Both the position numbers and the translations under genes were made by a program. From Eledone cirrhosa (taxonomy: Eukaryota), in NCBI GenBank assembly GCA_964016885.1, contig OZ024741.1, positions 248,124,001-248,188,000 of the forward strand: 64,000 nt of DNA. Reading direction: 5' to 3'. Shown one piece after another: positions 61,701 through 64,000 of this stretch; position 1 is the first letter of the stretch, and each line of letters opens with the position of its first letter. The notes beneath the pieces are model-generated. The model was not told the origin of the DNA and did no database searches. It was given only the letters and a program-made list of their open reading frames with translations.

Positions 61701-64000
61701 TGGAAATTATCGCTCCCTGATTTTTTTTAACAAATTATCTCCACCTGATTTTTTTTACAAATCATCTCCGCCTGATTTTTTTAAAAAATTATCTCCCTTT
61801 CGCTGGCTGGAAATTATCTCCCCTTGGACGCTGGAAATTATAGCCCCTTGGAGGGCTGGAAATTATCTTCCCTTGGACGGCTGGAAATTATCTCCCCTTG
61901 ATTTTTTTTACATATTATCTCCCCCTGATTTTTTTTTACGAATTATCACCCCGATTTTTTTTTACAAATTATCTCCCCCTGATTTTTTTTTACAAATTAT
62001 CTCCGCCTGATTTTTTAAAAAAAATTATCTCCCCTTGGACGGCTGGAAATTATCTCCCCTTGAATGGCTGGAAATTATCTCCCCTTGGACGGCTGGAAAT
62101 TATCTCCCCTTGGACGGCTGGAAATTATCTCCCCTTGGACGGCTAGAAATTACCTCTCCTTGGACGGCTGGAAATTATCTCCCTTTGGACGGCTGGAAAT
62201 TATCTCCCCTTGGACGGCTGGAAATTATTTCCCCTTGATTTTTTTTACAAATTATCTCCCCCTGATTTTTTTTACAAATCTCCCCCTAATTTAAAAAAAA
62301 ATTATCTCCCCTTCGCTGGCTGGAAATTATCTCCCTTTGGACGGCTGGAAATTATAGCTGCTTGTAGGGCTGGAAATTATCTTCCCTTGGACGGCTGGAA
62401 ATTATCTCCCCTTGATTTTTTTTACATATTATCTCCCCCTGATTTTTTTTTACGAATTATCTCCCCGATTTTTTTTACAAATTATCTTCCCCTGATTTTT
62501 TTTTACAAATTATCTCCGCCTGATTTTTTTAAAAAAATTATCTCCCCTTGGACGGCTGGAAATTATCTCCCCTTGAATGGCTGGAAATTATCTCCCCTTG
62601 GACGGCTGGAAATTATCTCCCCTTGAACGGCTGGAAATTATCTCCCCTTCGCTGGCTGGAAATTATCTCCCTTTGGACGGCTGGAAATTATAGCTGCTTG
62701 TAGGGCTGGAAATTATCTCCCCTTGGACGGCTGGAAATTATCTCCCCTTGATTTGTTTTACTAATTATCTCCCCCTGATTCTTTTTTACAAATTATCTCC
62801 GCCTGATTTTTTTTTTAAAATTATCTCCCCTTGGCTGGATGGAAATTTTCTCCCCTTGGACGGCTGGAAATTATCTCCCCTTTATGTCTTCTACAAATTA
62901 TCTACCCCTGATTTTTTTTTTACAAATTATCTCTTCCTGATTTTTTTTACAAATATCTCCCCTTGGCTGGCTGGAAATTATCTCCCCTTGGCTGGCTAAA
63001 ATTATCTCCCCTTGGACGGCTGGAAATTATCTCCCCTTGGACGCCTAGAAATTACCTCTACTTGGACAGCTGTAAATTTTCTCCCCTTGGACGGCTGGAA
63101 ATTATCTCGCCTTGGACGGCTGGAAATTATCTCCCCTTGATTTTGTATACAAATTATCTCCCCCTGATTTTTTTTTACAAATTATCTGCCCCTGATTATT
63201 TTTTAACAAATTAGCTCCGCCTGATTTTTTTAAAAAATTATCTCCCCTTGAACGGCTAGAAATTACCTCTCCTTGGACGGCTGAAAATTATCTTCCCTTG
63301 GACGGCTGGAAATTATCTCCCCTTGATTTTTTAAAAATTATCTCCCTCTGATTTTTTTTACAAATTATCTCCCCCTGTTTTTTTTTACAAATTATTTCCC
63401 CCTGATTTTTTTACAAATTATCTCCGCCTGATTTTTTTAAATATTATCTTCCCTTGGCTGGCGGGAAATTATCTCCCCTTGGACGCCTGGAAATTATCTC
63501 CCCTTGGAAGGATAGAAATTATCTCCCCTTGGACGGCTGGAAATTATCTCCCCTTGCACTGCTGGAAATTATCTCCCTTTGGACGGCTGGAAATTATCTG
63601 CCCTTGATTTTGTTTTTACAAATTATCTTCCCCTGATTTTTTTTACAAATTATCTCCACCTGATTTTTTAAAAAATTATCTCTCCTTGGACGGCTGGAAA
63701 TTATCTCCCCTTGGCTGGAAATTATCTCCCCTTGGACGGCTAGAAATTATCTCCCCTTGGACGCTGGAAATTATAGCCCCTTGGAGGGCTGGAAATTATC
63801 TTCCCTTGGACGGCTGGAAATTATCTCCCCTTGCACTGCTGGAAATTATCTCCCCTTGCACGGCTGAAAATTATCTGCCCTTGATTTTGTTTTTACAAAT
63901 TATCTCCACCTGATTTTTTTTTAAATTATCTCCCCTTGGACGGCTAGAAATTATCTCTCTTTGGACGGCTGGAAATTATCTCCCCTTGATTTTTTTACAA

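Larger units (their letters stand above)
1..64000 (+). repeat. Composite two-monomer satellite DNA array (25-bp type A and ~27-bp type B sharing a 16-bp core), running off both window edges
   Basis: The core AAATTATCTCCCC(C/T)TG or a 1-3 nt variant recurs every 21-30 bp from the first to the last line. It is followed by GACGGCTGG (A) or ATTTTTTTTAC (B). No non-repeat sequence or reverse-orientation copy was seen. Confidence 0.99.
50340..64000 (+). repeat. ~10.0-10.1-kb higher-order repeat of more diverged monomers (one full unit plus ~3.65 kb of the next)
   Basis: Offsets are 50463/60469 (10006), 51056/61061, 51537/61542 and 52205/62210 (10005), then 52826/62963, 53317/63454 and 53549/63686 (10137). 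Confidence 0.9.

Noticed and set aside
177-63913. Numerous + strand ORFs of 60-203 aa (WKLSPLGRLEIISPWTAGNYLPLDG and YKLSPPDFF/TNYLPLIFF repeats)
   Set aside because: The 25-bp A monomer has no stop codon in any + frame, and the 27-bp B monomer has a stop in only one, so ORFs arise automatically. They overlap in several frames, mostly start at TTG, and are broken by poly-T length changes with no frame preservation. The minus strand has TAA in every monomer, which explains the absence of minus-strand ORFs.
1-64000. CRISPR-like array (constant repeat plus variable spacer)
   Set aside because: The constant part is only 16 bp and the 'spacers' are 9-14 bp of just two recurring types, not unique sequences. 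There is no leader and no cas gene.
1-64000. Telomerase-type long telomeric repeat (20-26 bp units as in some yeasts)
   Set aside because: There are two tail types, many fixed variants and multi-kb higher-order duplications, which indicate recombinational amplification and not templated addition. It matches no telomere repeat I recognise.
1-64000. Canonical G-quadruplex array on the minus strand
   Set aside because: The G4-5 tracts are separated by about 21-24 nt, far longer than typical stable loops. The + strand GG-AC-GG-CT-GG offers only three GG runs per monomer.
1-64000. Purely synthetic or sequencing-artefact sequence
   Set aside because: The hierarchical shared variants, private substitutions between copies and in-register indels look like natural satellite evolution. 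The exact copy number of the near-perfect duplications (2420 and 1585 bp) could still be an assembly error and needs read support.

Overview
The whole 64 kb window is one uninterrupted head-to-tail tandem repeat array (satellite DNA, probably eukaryotic), all in one orientation. I found no unique sequence, credible gene, RNA gene, transposon or inversion. It is built from two related short monomers sharing a 16-bp core, AAATTATCTCCCC(C/T)TG. Type A is the core plus GACGGCTGG (25 bp, about 52% GC). Type B is the core plus A-T(7-11)-AC (26-30 bp, about 30% GC). There are roughly 2,400 monomers (estimated from 64 kb / ~26 bp), in alternating runs of A and B. Dedicated variant monomers mark the run boundaries, and fixed ordered 'words' of variants recur. 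These build nested higher-order repeats (HORs) of about 5.9 kb, 8.2-8.3 kb and 10.0-10.1 kb, with local tandem duplications of about 0.75, 0.87, 1.585 and 2.42 kb. Three layers are visible: a scrambled left domain (1 to ~18 kb), a highly homogeneous central HOR domain (~18-50.9 kb) and a more diverged right domain with its own variants (~50.9-64 kb). All ORFs in the track are by-products of the repeat. The organism, chromosomal position and function cannot be determined from this window. Duplication boundaries were read by eye and are approximate. Offsets come from identical ORF-track entries and diagnostic variants.
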